From a virus (lineage: Duplodnaviria > Caudoviricetes): a stretch of 58,811 nucleotides of DNA. The stretch is taken from positions 1 through 58,811 of IMG/VR virus record IMGVR_UViG_3300001242_000005, one strand, 5' to 3'. Positions 1-9,034 of this stretch are shown one piece after another. The notes under the pieces are model-generated. The model made no database searches. It had not been told where the DNA came from and worked only from the letters and a program-made list of their open reading frames with translations. How positions within the stretch are numbered: position 1 is the stretch's first letter; each line of letters opens with the position of its first letter. A program made the position numbers and the translations under genes.

Positions 1-101
1 CCCCGCCGGTTACAGCGACCAGGACGGAGGTACTTGGCTGGCTGGCTTTTGAAGTCGGCAAAACCGGGTCTTTATCCCTGGATCATCCGCTGGCGGATTG
101 C
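1..101. repeat. Terminal direct repeat, left copy (circular assembly overlap)
   Basis: Identical to 58711-58811. Confidence 0.97.
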
Positions 102-184
102 GGCATTGAACATGCCGACATTGGCTATATTGAAATCAGGGAAGTGTAACGACTGAGGCCCAAAAAATTAAGGAGTGAAGGAAA

Positions 185-733
185 ATGATTATCGGAATAT
201 CGGGAAAAGCAGGTTGTGGAAAATCGACACTCGCCGAGATGCTGACAAAAAATCTTGGCGAACAGTGGATCCGCATGTCGCTCGGCGACGAAGTGAAGAA
301 GGAAGCCGCTGAAATGTTCAATTTCCCCCTTTGGATGGCCTACGACAGCGAAGCGAAAAAATGCGTTGTCTACGTCAAGGATGTCGACCGGAAGATGACC
401 ATTCGGGAAATCCTGCAGTACTGGGGCACGGATGTGCGGCGAAAAGAAGACCCGGATTATTGGACCAAAAAACTCCATGAAAATGTCCCGGCAGATAAAC
501 ACGTCATTATCGACGACATTCGCTTCGTCTCCGAGGTGGAGTTTGTCAGAAATCTCGGCGGCAAGGTTTTTCGCCTGACTGCGTACAACGGATATGATCC
601 ACCGGCAGCTGGCGCCGATCATGTCAGCGAGACCGAGTTGGATGGCTATGATTCTTTCGATGCCGTTTTTACCCCGGCGTTCGGAGAGCTTGGGTGGGTG
701 GCAGCGGTAATGGTCGCAAAGAGTATCATTTGA
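185..733 (+). CDS. Deoxynucleoside monophosphate kinase (phage dNMP kinase)
   Basis: P-loop GKAGCGKST, REILQYWGTDVRR, IIDDIRF and HVSETELD motifs; AAGGAG/GAAGGA upstream. Confidence 0.85.
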   Translation: MIIGISGKAGCGKSTLAEMLTKNLGEQWIRMSLGDEVKKEAAEMFNFPLWMAYDSEAKKCVVYVKDVDRKMTIREILQYWGTDVRRKEDPDYWTKKLHENVPADKHVIIDDIRFVSEVEFVRNLGGKVFRLTAYNGYDPPAAGADHVSETELDGYDSFDAVFTPAFGELGWVAAVMVAKSII

Positions 734-800
734 TGAAAGCAGATTATTGGCGATAGGAAACTAGAAGCAATCATCTGAAAATTCAAAAATGGAGTAAGCC

Positions 801-1709
801 ATGAGTCATTTTAGTGTGTTGGTGATAGGAGAAAACATCGAGCAGCAACTTGCTCCTTACCATGAATTTGAATGCACAGGGTGTAACGATGAATACGTAC
901 AGGATATCGATGTCACTGAAGAGTCTATCGAGTGGGGAACAGATAAGGAGACTGGTGAATTCTCTCTTGAAGAGGCGCTTGGATACCACGGACTTGACGA
1001 CAAGATCGTTGCCGATATCTCCGAGGTAGATACAAACGAGGCTCACAAATATGGGTACGCCATTGTCAAGGGTGGCAAGTTAATCAAGGCTGTCAACCGT
1101 ACCAATCCCAATAAACAATGGGACTGGTGGGTGGTAGGTGGGCGGTGGGCAGGTTACTGGCGTATGAAGGAAGGGGCTACAGGAAAGTTAGGCGAACGTT
1201 CTTTCCTTGGTTCGAATGCTGACAAAGGTACTGCTGATTCTGCACTAAAAAAAGACATAGACTTCGAATACATGATGGAGGCGGCGGGGTTAAAAGCTGG
1301 CTTGGTCTGGGACAAAATTCGCGCGGTCGTCTCTGAAGATGATTTTTCCACATTTGCTTCATGGGAAAAGATACGAGAGGCTCATAAGGGAGACATTGAT
1401 GCAGCCAGAACAGCGTACGGCGAGCAGTCTGCGGTCAAGAAATTCAAAACAATTGAAAACGTAGGTTTTTTTGACAAGGTGGAAAGATATTGCCTGACTC
1501 GCGACGAGTTCGTTCAGTCCGCCAAGGATAAAGCCATCTCCACCTTTGCTGTCGTAAAAGATGGTCAGTGGTATCAGAAGGGAGAAATGGGCTGGTGGGG
1601 TTGTGTCAGTGACGAAAAAGCCGGGTACGACTGGTGCGCTGAGTTTGCAAGCCTGATCGAAGGATTGCCTGAGGATACTCTTTTAACTGTGGTTGACTGT
1701 CACATTTGA
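801..1709 (+). CDS. Conserved phage hypothetical protein
   Basis: 302-aa ORF with GGAG SD; MSHFSVLVIG, NPNKQWDWWVVGGRW and VVDCHI pattern resembles phage early proteins. Confidence 0.75.
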   Translation: MSHFSVLVIGENIEQQLAPYHEFECTGCNDEYVQDIDVTEESIEWGTDKETGEFSLEEALGYHGLDDKIVADISEVDTNEAHKYGYAIVKGGKLIKAVNRTNPNKQWDWWVVGGRWAGYWRMKEGATGKLGERSFLGSNADKGTADSALKKDIDFEYMMEAAGLKAGLVWDKIRAVVSEDDFSTFASWEKIREAHKGDIDAARTAYGEQSAVKKFKTIENVGFFDKVERYCLTRDEFVQSAKDKAISTFAVVKDGQWYQKGEMGWWGCVSDEKAGYDWCAEFASLIEGLPEDTLLTVVDCHI

Positions 1710-1733
1710 CACCTGTCGGGTGTAGAGTTTGAT

Positions 1734-1766
1734 GTTAGGCACTATGCCCGATTACGAAATACAATC
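1734..1766 (+). repeat. Dispersed gene-boundary repeat, copy 1
   Basis: GTTAGGC-N9-GATTACGAAATACAATC; related copies at 48426, 49141 and 49665. Confidence 0.7.
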
Positions 1767-1785
1767 TCAATAAGGAATTTGATAT

Positions 1786-2136
1786 ATGGAATCGGACAAG
1801 AAATTACTGGCAACTGCAGCGATGGCAATTGGCCACACGCTTTATCCAGAATGGGATTGCGCGATAAAAGGGATACTCCTTGGAGCTGGCAAGGATGGAG
1901 ATCCGCAGGTTGTATGGAACCCGCTCGATGACGATGGTGATGCCCTCCGCCTCCTCGTTGCCATGCCGAGTCTGTGGTCATTATCATTGAGATTTGGAGC
2001 CCCGACCATTGAAATGGCTGTTTTGTGGGGGATGGGGGATGGTGTAAAAGTCAGAAAATTTGCCAGTGAAGGCACGGATCGTGCGGCAGTCATGAGACGT
2101 GCGATTGTGGAAGCAGCCGCAAGATGTTGTAAATGA
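1786..2136 (+). CDS. Phage hypothetical protein
   Basis: TAAGGA SD; WNPLDDDGDALRL and RRAIVEAAA motifs; last gene of the rightward early/middle operon. Confidence 0.7.
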   Translation: MESDKKLLATAAMAIGHTLYPEWDCAIKGILLGAGKDGDPQVVWNPLDDDGDALRLLVAMPSLWSLSLRFGAPTIEMAVLWGMGDGVKVRKFASEGTDRAAVMRRAIVEAAARCCK

Positions 2137-2170
2137 TGCTGCAAACAGATAACAACAAGGAATTAAGCAG

Positions 2171-2206
2171 TTCCGTATAACACCACAAACGTGGTGTTAT
2201 ACGGAA
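2171..2206. repeat. Perfect 16-bp inverted repeat
   Basis: TTCCGTATAACACCAC-AAAC-GTGGTGTTATACGGAA. Confidence 0.9.
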
Positions 2207-2217
2207 TGAACAATCTC

Positions 2218-2249
2218 CCCGGCTTCAAAAAAAGGCCGGGATTTTCTTT
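2218..2249 (+). terminator. Intrinsic terminator ending the early/middle operon
   Basis: CCCGGC...GCCGGG stem followed by ATTTTCTTT. Confidence 0.6.
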
Positions 2250-2292
2250 GTCCCGTTTTTTATAAGCAGAATGATCTGCTCATAACAATTAG

Positions 2293-2488
2293 TCATTTCG
2301 CAATTTTCGCGCCACACTCACGGAGCAGATCGGCGGCCTGGATCTCATTCAACCGGGGGCTTGCCCAAAACCGAGCGGCGACATCCCAGGTGGCAATCCG
2401 ACCGACGAGCGGCAACACCTGGAGTTTCTCCGCCAACTCGCGGCGCAAGAAAATAAATGCTGCTGGCGAAAAAAAAATAAATAGACAT
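2293..2488 (-). pseudogene. Frameshifted small gene or remnant
   Basis: ATG at 2488; a T9 tract puts it one base out of frame with RRELAEKLQVLPLVGRIATWDVAARFW...KIAK*; total length 196 = 65x3+1. Confidence 0.35.
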
Positions 2489-2662
2489 CTTCCTGACTCG
2501 TTGCATCACGTTGCTGTCAGGCATAAATAGGCAACAAAATTAGAAAACGTTTCCTCACTAGGAGTAATGTCCGCTAGTGTCCACTGTTTCGCCATTTTTT
2601 GCGTTGGCACTTCCGAAAATGCCGCGAATGTTTCACTTGAAGCAATAATAACCAGTACAATA

Positions 2663-2691
2663 TTGCAAAATATGCAACACTGCGGTATTAT
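2663..2691 (+). promoter_or_regulatory. Sigma70-type promoter for a probably leaderless small gene
   Basis: TTGCAA-17-TATTAT; ATG follows 7 nt later at 2699. Confidence 0.65.
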
Positions 2692-2698
2692 CCAGGGC

Positions 2699-2932
2699 AT
2701 GAATAAGGCGATTAAAACCCTGCAAGACCTCATCCCCCTTATCCCTCTCATTCCAGGCTACACTGGCGACGAAGGCGAAATCGTCATAACTATTGGACAA
2801 CACAAAGGATCGGCAAGAACGATCGACATCACATTTTCAACCGTCGAAAAGCTCACTCTGCAAGGCGGATCTCTCCAGCGGATCAGTAAAAAAAAGATGA
2901 GCATTGCCAGTATTGCAAATATTGCAACGTAA
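2699..2932 (+). CDS. 77-aa protein, candidate late-operon regulator
   Basis: MNKAIKTLQDL...GEIVITIGQHKGSARTIDITF; no SD; start lies at the predicted transcription start. Confidence 0.55.
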   Translation: MNKAIKTLQDLIPLIPLIPGYTGDEGEIVITIGQHKGSARTIDITFSTVEKLTLQGGSLQRISKKKMSIASIANIAT

Positions 2933-2934
2933 TA

Positions 2935-2963
2935 TTGCAGTTATCGAAACAATGAGATATAAT
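2935..2963 (+). promoter_or_regulatory. Late operon 1 promoter
   Basis: TTGCAG-17-TATAAT, preceded by repeated TATTGCA motifs. Confidence 0.75.
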
Positions 2964-2980
2964 CACATTAATTTATAGGA

Positions 2981-3014
2981 TTCCTGACGACTCCCTGAGT
3001 GTTCCGGGACTCAC
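2981..3014 (+). promoter_or_regulatory. Conserved leader hairpin, copy 1
   Basis: TTCC-N4-GACTCCC-N5-GTTCC-GGGACTCAC; repeated at 34006-34040. Confidence 0.7.
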
Positions 3015-3019
3015 GTTAT

Positions 3020-3064
3020 AGGCTCCAGTTGTGCATCGCGCATGGCTGGAGCCTTTTTTATTTT
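3020..3064 (+). terminator. Leader terminator upstream of the small terminase
   Basis: AGGCTCCAG...CTGGAGCCT stem followed by a long T run. Confidence 0.85.
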
Positions 3065-3078
3065 CAAGGGTTTAACTG

Positions 3079-3714
3079 ATGGCTGGGAAGAAAAAACTGA
3101 TTGACTGGGAGCGCATAGAAAAACCATTTCGGGCTGGCCGGATAAGCGTTTTGCAGATCGCTGCCGAGTACGAAAATGATACCGGCGTATCGATTTCCCA
3201 CACCGCTATCAACAAACATTTTGCCAAACTTGGAATCAAGCGCGACCTCAGCGAGAAGGTCCAGGCAAAGGCCGATTCCATGGTTTCAGCGGCCATGGTT
3301 TCAGGGCGCGTTTCAACTGAAACCATGGCGACCGATGCCGAGATCATAAACGCCGAAGCATTGAGCGTCGCGAACATTCAATTTTCCCATCGGCTGGACA
3401 TTCCGAAAAAGCGCGAACTGGTCGCCAAGCTGTTCAGCGAGATTGAAGCGCAAACCGATAACGCGGATTTTCTGGAGCAGGCCCGGCTTGCTTTGGGCCA
3501 GGGAGATTTGCCAGGTCTGGCAACAGCGCTGGAGAAAGCAACGTCTCTGCCGGCCAGGATCAAAGGTGTCTCCGATTTGGTCGGAGCGTATAAAACTTTG
3601 ATCAGTTTGGAGCGAGAGGCGTTTGGTATCACGGTAGGTGATAGTAAGCCGACAAAGGCAGCTGCTGGCGCACAGGAATTGTCCGAAGCGCTTATGGAGA
3701 TGATTAGATCGTGA
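3079..3714 (+). CDS. terS: Terminase small subunit
   Basis: N-terminal DWERIE..FRAG..S..QIA HTH, LEREAFGI motif, overlaps the large terminase. Confidence 0.75.
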   Translation: MAGKKKLIDWERIEKPFRAGRISVLQIAAEYENDTGVSISHTAINKHFAKLGIKRDLSEKVQAKADSMVSAAMVSGRVSTETMATDAEIINAEALSVANIQFSHRLDIPKKRELVAKLFSEIEAQTDNADFLEQARLALGQGDLPGLATALEKATSLPARIKGVSDLVGAYKTLISLEREAFGITVGDSKPTKAAAGAQELSEALMEMIRS

Positions 3715-5231
3715 CTACCAGGGAAGAGCGCAAAGCGATGTACTCGATCATCATCCAGGAGGCCAAGGCCCTTGGACCTGCTTTCCTGCGACAAGCGCTT
3801 CGGCAACTCGCTCTTAACGATCTCTTCTTTTTATTGGTGTATGTCTGCAAACGTAGCGATATCGACCGCGATTTTCTGTTCGACCGATGCCGAGAGGTTA
3901 ATGCGTCTCCCGATGGCATGCTCGACCTGTGGGCCAGGGAGCATTATAAATCCACAATCATCACGTTCGGGTTGACAATCCAGGACATCCTCCACAACCC
4001 AGAATTAACTGTCGGGATTTTTTCTCACACGAAACCAATAGCCAGGGCATTTCTCAGGCAGATAAAGTACGAGCTCGAAAACAACGACAGGCTCAAAGAC
4101 CTGTTCCCCGAGGTCTTGTATCAAAATCCTCGCCAAGAATCTAGCAACTGGTCTGAGGACAAGGGCATAACGGTAATCCGTAAAACCAACCCCAAGGAGG
4201 CCACTATCGAGGCCCATGGCCTGGTAGATGGACAACCAACAAGTAAGCATTTTGGTCTGCTTATATACGATGATGTTGTCACCAGAGAGTCGGTAACGTC
4301 GCCCGAGATGATTAATAAAACCACCGAAGCCTGGGAATTATCCCTCAACCTCGGATCCCACGGGGGGCGGGTTCGGTATATCGGTACTCGCTATCATTTC
4401 AACGATACCTGGGGCAAAATCATTTCTCGGAAAACGGCCGTAGCCCGAATCCATCCGGCAACTGATGACGGTAAACCAGAAGGCAAGCCGGTATTTCTCA
4501 CGAAGGAAGAACTGGTCAAAAAGCGTCGAGACATGGGTAGTTATGTGTTCGCATGCCAAATGTTACAAGACCCCAAAGCTGACGAGGCTCAAGGATTTAA
4601 ACAAGAGTGGCTTAGGTTTTGGGAGCCGGCGAATTGGCAAGAGATGAATAGATATATAGTCGTTGACCCTGCGAATGCTAAACGAAAAATGAACGACTAC
4701 ACATCTATGTGGGTCTTTGGCCTGGGCCGAGATAAAAAATACTACATCATTGACCTGATCCGTGACCGCCTCAACCTCACCGAGAGAACCAAGGCACTAT
4801 TCGACTTACATGAAATGTACGAACCAATCGGGGTTGGGTACGAGCATTACGGCATGCAGGCTGATATCCAGCACATAGAGTTTGTTCAAAATATCAAAAA
4901 TTACAGGTTTGATGTAACGCCACTTGGCGGGCAGATACCTAAAAACGACAGGATACGAGGGCTCATACCTCTTTTCGAGGAGGGCCGTATTTATATTCCA
5001 AAATCGTTGGTGAAGGTTACACTCGAATCGCGGGCCACTGACCTGATCGAAAAGTTTATAAATGATGAGTTTGTACCATTTCCGGTGTCAGCACATGATG
5101 ACATGCTCGATTGCATGGCGAGAATTCTTCATCCGGATTTGATGGTTGAGTTTCCTAAAGAGCAGAAGTCCCCAAAAATCCCATTATGGAAACAACGAAT
5201 TCGACAGGCTCAATCCTCACAGGCGGCATAA
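3711..5231 (+). CDS. terL: Terminase large subunit
   Basis: AREHYKST Walker A-like, LLIYDDVV Walker B, IGTRY, VVDPA and HDDMLD nuclease motifs. Confidence 0.93.
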   Translation: MTTREERKAMYSIIIQEAKALGPAFLRQALRQLALNDLFFLLVYVCKRSDIDRDFLFDRCREVNASPDGMLDLWAREHYKSTIITFGLTIQDILHNPELTVGIFSHTKPIARAFLRQIKYELENNDRLKDLFPEVLYQNPRQESSNWSEDKGITVIRKTNPKEATIEAHGLVDGQPTSKHFGLLIYDDVVTRESVTSPEMINKTTEAWELSLNLGSHGGRVRYIGTRYHFNDTWGKIISRKTAVARIHPATDDGKPEGKPVFLTKEELVKKRRDMGSYVFACQMLQDPKADEAQGFKQEWLRFWEPANWQEMNRYIVVDPANAKRKMNDYTSMWVFGLGRDKKYYIIDLIRDRLNLTERTKALFDLHEMYEPIGVGYEHYGMQADIQHIEFVQNIKNYRFDVTPLGGQIPKNDRIRGLIPLFEEGRIYIPKSLVKVTLESRATDLIEKFINDEFVPFPVSAHDDMLDCMARILHPDLMVEFPKEQKSPKIPLWKQRIRQAQSSQAA

Positions 5232-7340
5232 ATGGCAGACGATAATAAAACCACTGCAGCTGAGAATTGGGCCAGATACGATTACGGGGTTAGCCGCGGT
5301 CACCGGGAATATACCGAGACGGCAAAACTCCTTGAGGGGATGTATCTCGGGGGCGGGTATGACGGCAACGGGCGGCTGAAAGGTGGCGGGCAATGGACAC
5401 AGGCCGATTTGGATATTTTGAACGAAGAACGGCGCCCGGCCTACGAGTTCAACGAGATCAAACCGGCGCTCGATGCGGCTTTTGGCTACCAGATCAGCAA
5501 CCGGATGGATATTTCATTCAGACCGCGCTCGGGAGATGCGACGAAGGAAGCCGCCGAGGTCAGATCGAAAGTCGCGATGCAGATTGCCGACAACAACAAG
5601 TTGCCCTGGCTGGAAACCGATCTATTCAGCGACGGGCTTATCCAGCAGCGGGGTTATTACGATATCCGGATGTCGTTTGACGATTCGGTCGACGGAGAGG
5701 TCAAGATCCGCACAATTGATCCGCTCGACGGGATGCCCGACCCTGATGCACGGAGCTACGATCCGAATGAGTGGGGTGATTGGATCGAGACCCGCCTTCT
5801 CTCCCTGGATGATATTGAGCAGGATTACGGGATGGCAGCCCGCAGGATTGCCGAAACCGAAGCGCTTGGCACCGCCGATGAAACCAGATGGGGTGACGAT
5901 GGCGACGGAGAGTTGCGAAACACATTCGGGACCGAGGATCGATTCGATTCCTCTTTCGTCGTGGCCAAGGTCAAGAAACTTAGGGTGATCGATCGGCAGC
6001 ACTGGATCAGGAAAGTATCGGATGTTGCGATTCATCCGGGTGGAGATATCAGGCCGCTCTCCGGAGATGAGACACCGGAGCAACGGGCCGAGATGCTATC
6101 CAAGGGTGTGCTCATCACCAAGAGGAGAATCAAGCGGGTACGCTGGACCGTGACAACCATAGACGCCGTTCTCCATGACGACTGGAGCCCATACGACAGG
6201 TTGACGGTTGTGCCGTTCTTCCCGTATTTCCGGCGCGGCAAGAGTCGGGGAATGGTCGATAATGCGGTTGGTCCTCAATTGGCCCTGAATAAGAGCGCGA
6301 GCCAGACCGTCCATATCATCAACACCACGGCCAATAGCGGATGGCAGCTCGAAGAAGGCCAGCTCACCAACATGAGCACGACCGATTTGGGCGCATGGGG
6401 AGCAAAAACCGGTCTGGTTATTGAGCGCAAAAAAGGGACGGAACCACTCGAAAAGATCAACGCAAACCCGATGCCGCAGGGAATGGCAGAGCTTGTCACA
6501 CTCAGTTCCAAGATCCTGCAGGACGTAACTATCCCGGATGCAATGCGCGGAGTGGCGAACTTCGAGGAGTCAGGGGTTGCGGCCCAGAGCAGGCAGCACG
6601 CCAGTCAGCAGATACTTGCCGTTCCGCTCGACAACCTGGCCCGGACCAGGCACATGCTGGCAGGCTGGATCAATTACGCAATCAGCAAATACTATACGGC
6701 GGAACGGGTATTCAAGATTACCAAACAGAATCCTTTCACGGGCAAGGAAGAGCAGGAGGATTTGGTGATTAATGAGTTCGACCCGGGGACTGGCCAGTAT
6801 CTCAACGACATGACAGCCGGTGAATATGATGTAGTGGTTGCCGAGCAACCAATGCAGATCACGTTCGACAACAGCCAGTTTGAGCAAATCAGCAGTATGC
6901 GGAAAGACATGGGTGTCGCGATTCCTGACGCGGTGGTCATTAAGCATTCGAATTTGAGCGATAAGCACGAAATTATTACCGCCATGGAAGGTGCAGGGCA
7001 GCCACAACAACCGGTTGACCCGACTCTTGAGGCAAAGGCCCGGCTGATTGATGCACAGATCAGGAAGACCGACGCGGAAGCGATCAACAAGACTATTGAG
7101 GGGATGTTCTCGGGTTCAGAGACTGCGCAAAATATTGCGATGACTCCGCAGCTTGCGCCAGTAATGGATCAAATCCTCAAGAGTTCCGGGTGGGTTGATA
7201 AGGACGGCCCGCCGCTGGTCGACAACTCAGCGATTCAACCAATCCCTGAGAATCCGGGACCGGAAAACACGAATCCTTTGACGCCGACCAATCCGAGTGT
7301 GGGAATGAATGCCGGGATTGAAGGCGGGGATATTGTATGA
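5232..7340 (+). CDS. Portal protein (P22/N4-like podoviral type)
   Basis: 702 aa after terL; GQW..AD...L....RP...FNEI, PDPDA..YD..W and VPFFPYFRRG motifs. Confidence 0.88.
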   Translation: MADDNKTTAAENWARYDYGVSRGHREYTETAKLLEGMYLGGGYDGNGRLKGGGQWTQADLDILNEERRPAYEFNEIKPALDAAFGYQISNRMDISFRPRSGDATKEAAEVRSKVAMQIADNNKLPWLETDLFSDGLIQQRGYYDIRMSFDDSVDGEVKIRTIDPLDGMPDPDARSYDPNEWGDWIETRLLSLDDIEQDYGMAARRIAETEALGTADETRWGDDGDGELRNTFGTEDRFDSSFVVAKVKKLRVIDRQHWIRKVSDVAIHPGGDIRPLSGDETPEQRAEMLSKGVLITKRRIKRVRWTVTTIDAVLHDDWSPYDRLTVVPFFPYFRRGKSRGMVDNAVGPQLALNKSASQTVHIINTTANSGWQLEEGQLTNMSTTDLGAWGAKTGLVIERKKGTEPLEKINANPMPQGMAELVTLSSKILQDVTIPDAMRGVANFEESGVAAQSRQHASQQILAVPLDNLARTRHMLAGWINYAISKYYTAERVFKITKQNPFTGKEEQEDLVINEFDPGTGQYLNDMTAGEYDVVVAEQPMQITFDNSQFEQISSMRKDMGVAIPDAVVIKHSNLSDKHEIITAMEGAGQPQQPVDPTLEAKARLIDAQIRKTDAEAINKTIEGMFSGSETAQNIAMTPQLAPVMDQILKSSGWVDKDGPPLVDNSAIQPIPENPGPENTNPLTPTNPSVGMNAGIEGGDIV

Positions 7341-7510
7341 GCGACTGGTTCAAGGACGAAATGGAAGCTTTCATCATCCAGTGCATACACGATGGGCTCA
7401 CTGACGAGCAGATCGAGGAGGGTGTGAATATCGCCATGGCAGATCATGCCACCAGGTATCCATGCGTTGCTGAATGGACGGGAAGCCGGTACGAGATGGT
7501 GGGCGCGTGA
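7337..7510 (+). CDS. 57-aa hypothetical protein
   Basis: MSDWFKDEMEAF...MVGA*; ATGA and GTGA overlaps with both neighbours (below the ORF track cutoff). Confidence 0.55.
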   Translation: MSDWFKDEMEAFIIQCIHDGLTDEQIEEGVNIAMADHATRYPCVAEWTGSRYEMVGA

Positions 7511-7890
7511 AACAGAAGATCGTCGGCTCATATTATTTCGGTCCGGACCAGGTGGAAGTAGTTTTGCGCGAAGGAATTGGCGCAGAATATTATCACTTCC
7601 CCGAAAAAGGAAAAATCCCAAGGATAAAGATAGGGGCAGACTATGAAACGTTCGAAGGTCTACTTGAGGCTATTTTGCATGAAACCATAGAGTTTGCAAT
7701 AGACAGATACGGGTGCAGTTTTAAAGGCTCACGTATCCAGACAACTGAGCAGACACAATATCTGTTTGTCTTCAACCATACGGAGTTTTCAGAGATCAAC
7801 GCAAGATCGGCAGAGTTTCTTTCATTGTCCTTGAGTGACATCAAAAAGGCGTGGAAGAAGTGGAACAAAAAACAACAAGGAAACAAATAG
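7507..7890 (+). CDS. Hypothetical protein with a zincin-like HE motif
   Basis: GTG start overlapping the upstream stop; LLEAILHETIE. Confidence 0.6.
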   Translation: MKQKIVGSYYFGPDQVEVVLREGIGAEYYHFPEKGKIPRIKIGADYETFEGLLEAILHETIEFAIDRYGCSFKGSRIQTTEQTQYLFVFNHTEFSEINARSAEFLSLSLSDIKKAWKKWNKKQQGNK

Positions 7891-8856
7891 ATGCCAGACA
7901 TTAAAGACGAATTTAAGGACGAGTTCGAGGAATATATCGAACCTGTGGACGAAAAGATCCTGCGCGGCGATACCACGGATGACGATCAGGGCGACAACGA
8001 CGATGACGACGAAGCCTTGAGTGAGGTGGAAAAACTGCAGGCTGACACCGCTGCGGGGAAAGACCTCGAGGCCGATGCAGGAACCGCAGGCCAGGACGAT
8101 GGCAAGCAGCAGGCCGAGGCCAAGAAAGAAGAACGCTCTCAACATATCCCCCGCGAACGATTCGATGAGGTGAACACCAAGTTGAAAGAGGAGCGAGCGG
8201 CCAGGGAATCACTGGAAGCACGGCTTGCTGCTCTCGAAAAGCCATTTGTCCAGCCGGACGACGAAACGAGCCAAGGGGCCGGCGCCGCCAAGCCGGTCGA
8301 CCTGAAATCCATGCTCAAGGAGTACAACGCCGCCATCATGGACGGCGATGAAGATTTGGCCCTGGCTCTGGCTGAGACGATTGAAAACGAACGGTATCGC
8401 CGGGCGGAAGAGGCGGCGGAGAGGAAAACCGATGCCCGCCTTTCCGAGCGCGAGCAACAGAAAACGGTACAAGAGGCCCAGGCGACATTCACCAGGACTG
8501 TTGCCAGTATCATCTCTCAGTATCCGCAACTGGACGCCACCGCCGAAGGTCGCGACCAGGAGGCAATTGACGAGGTGGTTGAGTGGCGGGATTTCTATTA
8601 TGCCAAGAGCGGCGATCTGAGCGATGCGCTCACCAAGGCCGTCGGCAAGGTTATGAAAGGATTCACGCCGCCGGCAGCGCGAGAAGACAAGCGGAAAGCC
8701 GAGCAGGCCCGGATCAACGCCGACACCGCGAACCGTCAGCCGCCGCCGCTTTCCGGCACCGGCAACCGGTCGATGGATGTCAAGCCGAGGGTGCCGGACG
8801 CTCAAGACGAGTATGAAAAACTTCCCGAAAAAGAGCGGGAAAAACTGTTGAAGTAG
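7891..8856 (+). CDS. Scaffolding protein
   Basis: Acidic N-terminus, IPRERFDEVN motif, coiled coil, position before the capsid gene. Confidence 0.75.
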   Translation: MPDIKDEFKDEFEEYIEPVDEKILRGDTTDDDQGDNDDDDEALSEVEKLQADTAAGKDLEADAGTAGQDDGKQQAEAKKEERSQHIPRERFDEVNTKLKEERAARESLEARLAALEKPFVQPDDETSQGAGAAKPVDLKSMLKEYNAAIMDGDEDLALALAETIENERYRRAEEAAERKTDARLSEREQQKTVQEAQATFTRTVASIISQYPQLDATAEGRDQEAIDEVVEWRDFYYAKSGDLSDALTKAVGKVMKGFTPPAAREDKRKAEQARINADTANRQPPPLSGTGNRSMDVKPRVPDAQDEYEKLPEKEREKLLK

Positions 8857-8880
8857 GTCAAGACCCAAAAAGCAAGCAGC

Positions 8881-8995
8881 ACCTCGCCAATGGAAGAGGC
8901 GGTAAACCTTCCCGGACCCTTGGAACCGTATTCCATGATTCAGCCTGGTAAAGAGGCGGCAATCTTTATCCCGGTTGGCTCCCGAAGAAGCCAAA
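8881..8995 (+). promoter_or_regulatory. Structured 5' leader of the capsid gene
   Basis: Twin hairpins GGAAG-AGGCGGTAAAC-CTTCC and TAAAG-AGGCGGCAAT-CTTTA, plus TTGGCT..AGCCAA. Confidence 0.45.
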
Positions 8996-9034
8996 AACGA
9001 AGTTCTATTTTTGCAACCTTTAAGGAGTAATATC

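Noticed and set aside
1681-1740. Canonical integron attC sites at the GTTAGGC motifs
   Set aside because: I could not build a convincing RYYYAAC/L-box hairpin upstream of any copy, and I see no IntI-type integrase
2122-2166. Sec readthrough at CCK-TGA-CCK at the end of gene 1786
   Set aside because: Looks like a short imperfect duplication; the extension is only 9 codons and has no recognisable motif
2516-2522. Extra GTCAGGC as a fifth boundary repeat
   Set aside because: Lacks the GAYTWCGAAATA half at 9-nt spacing
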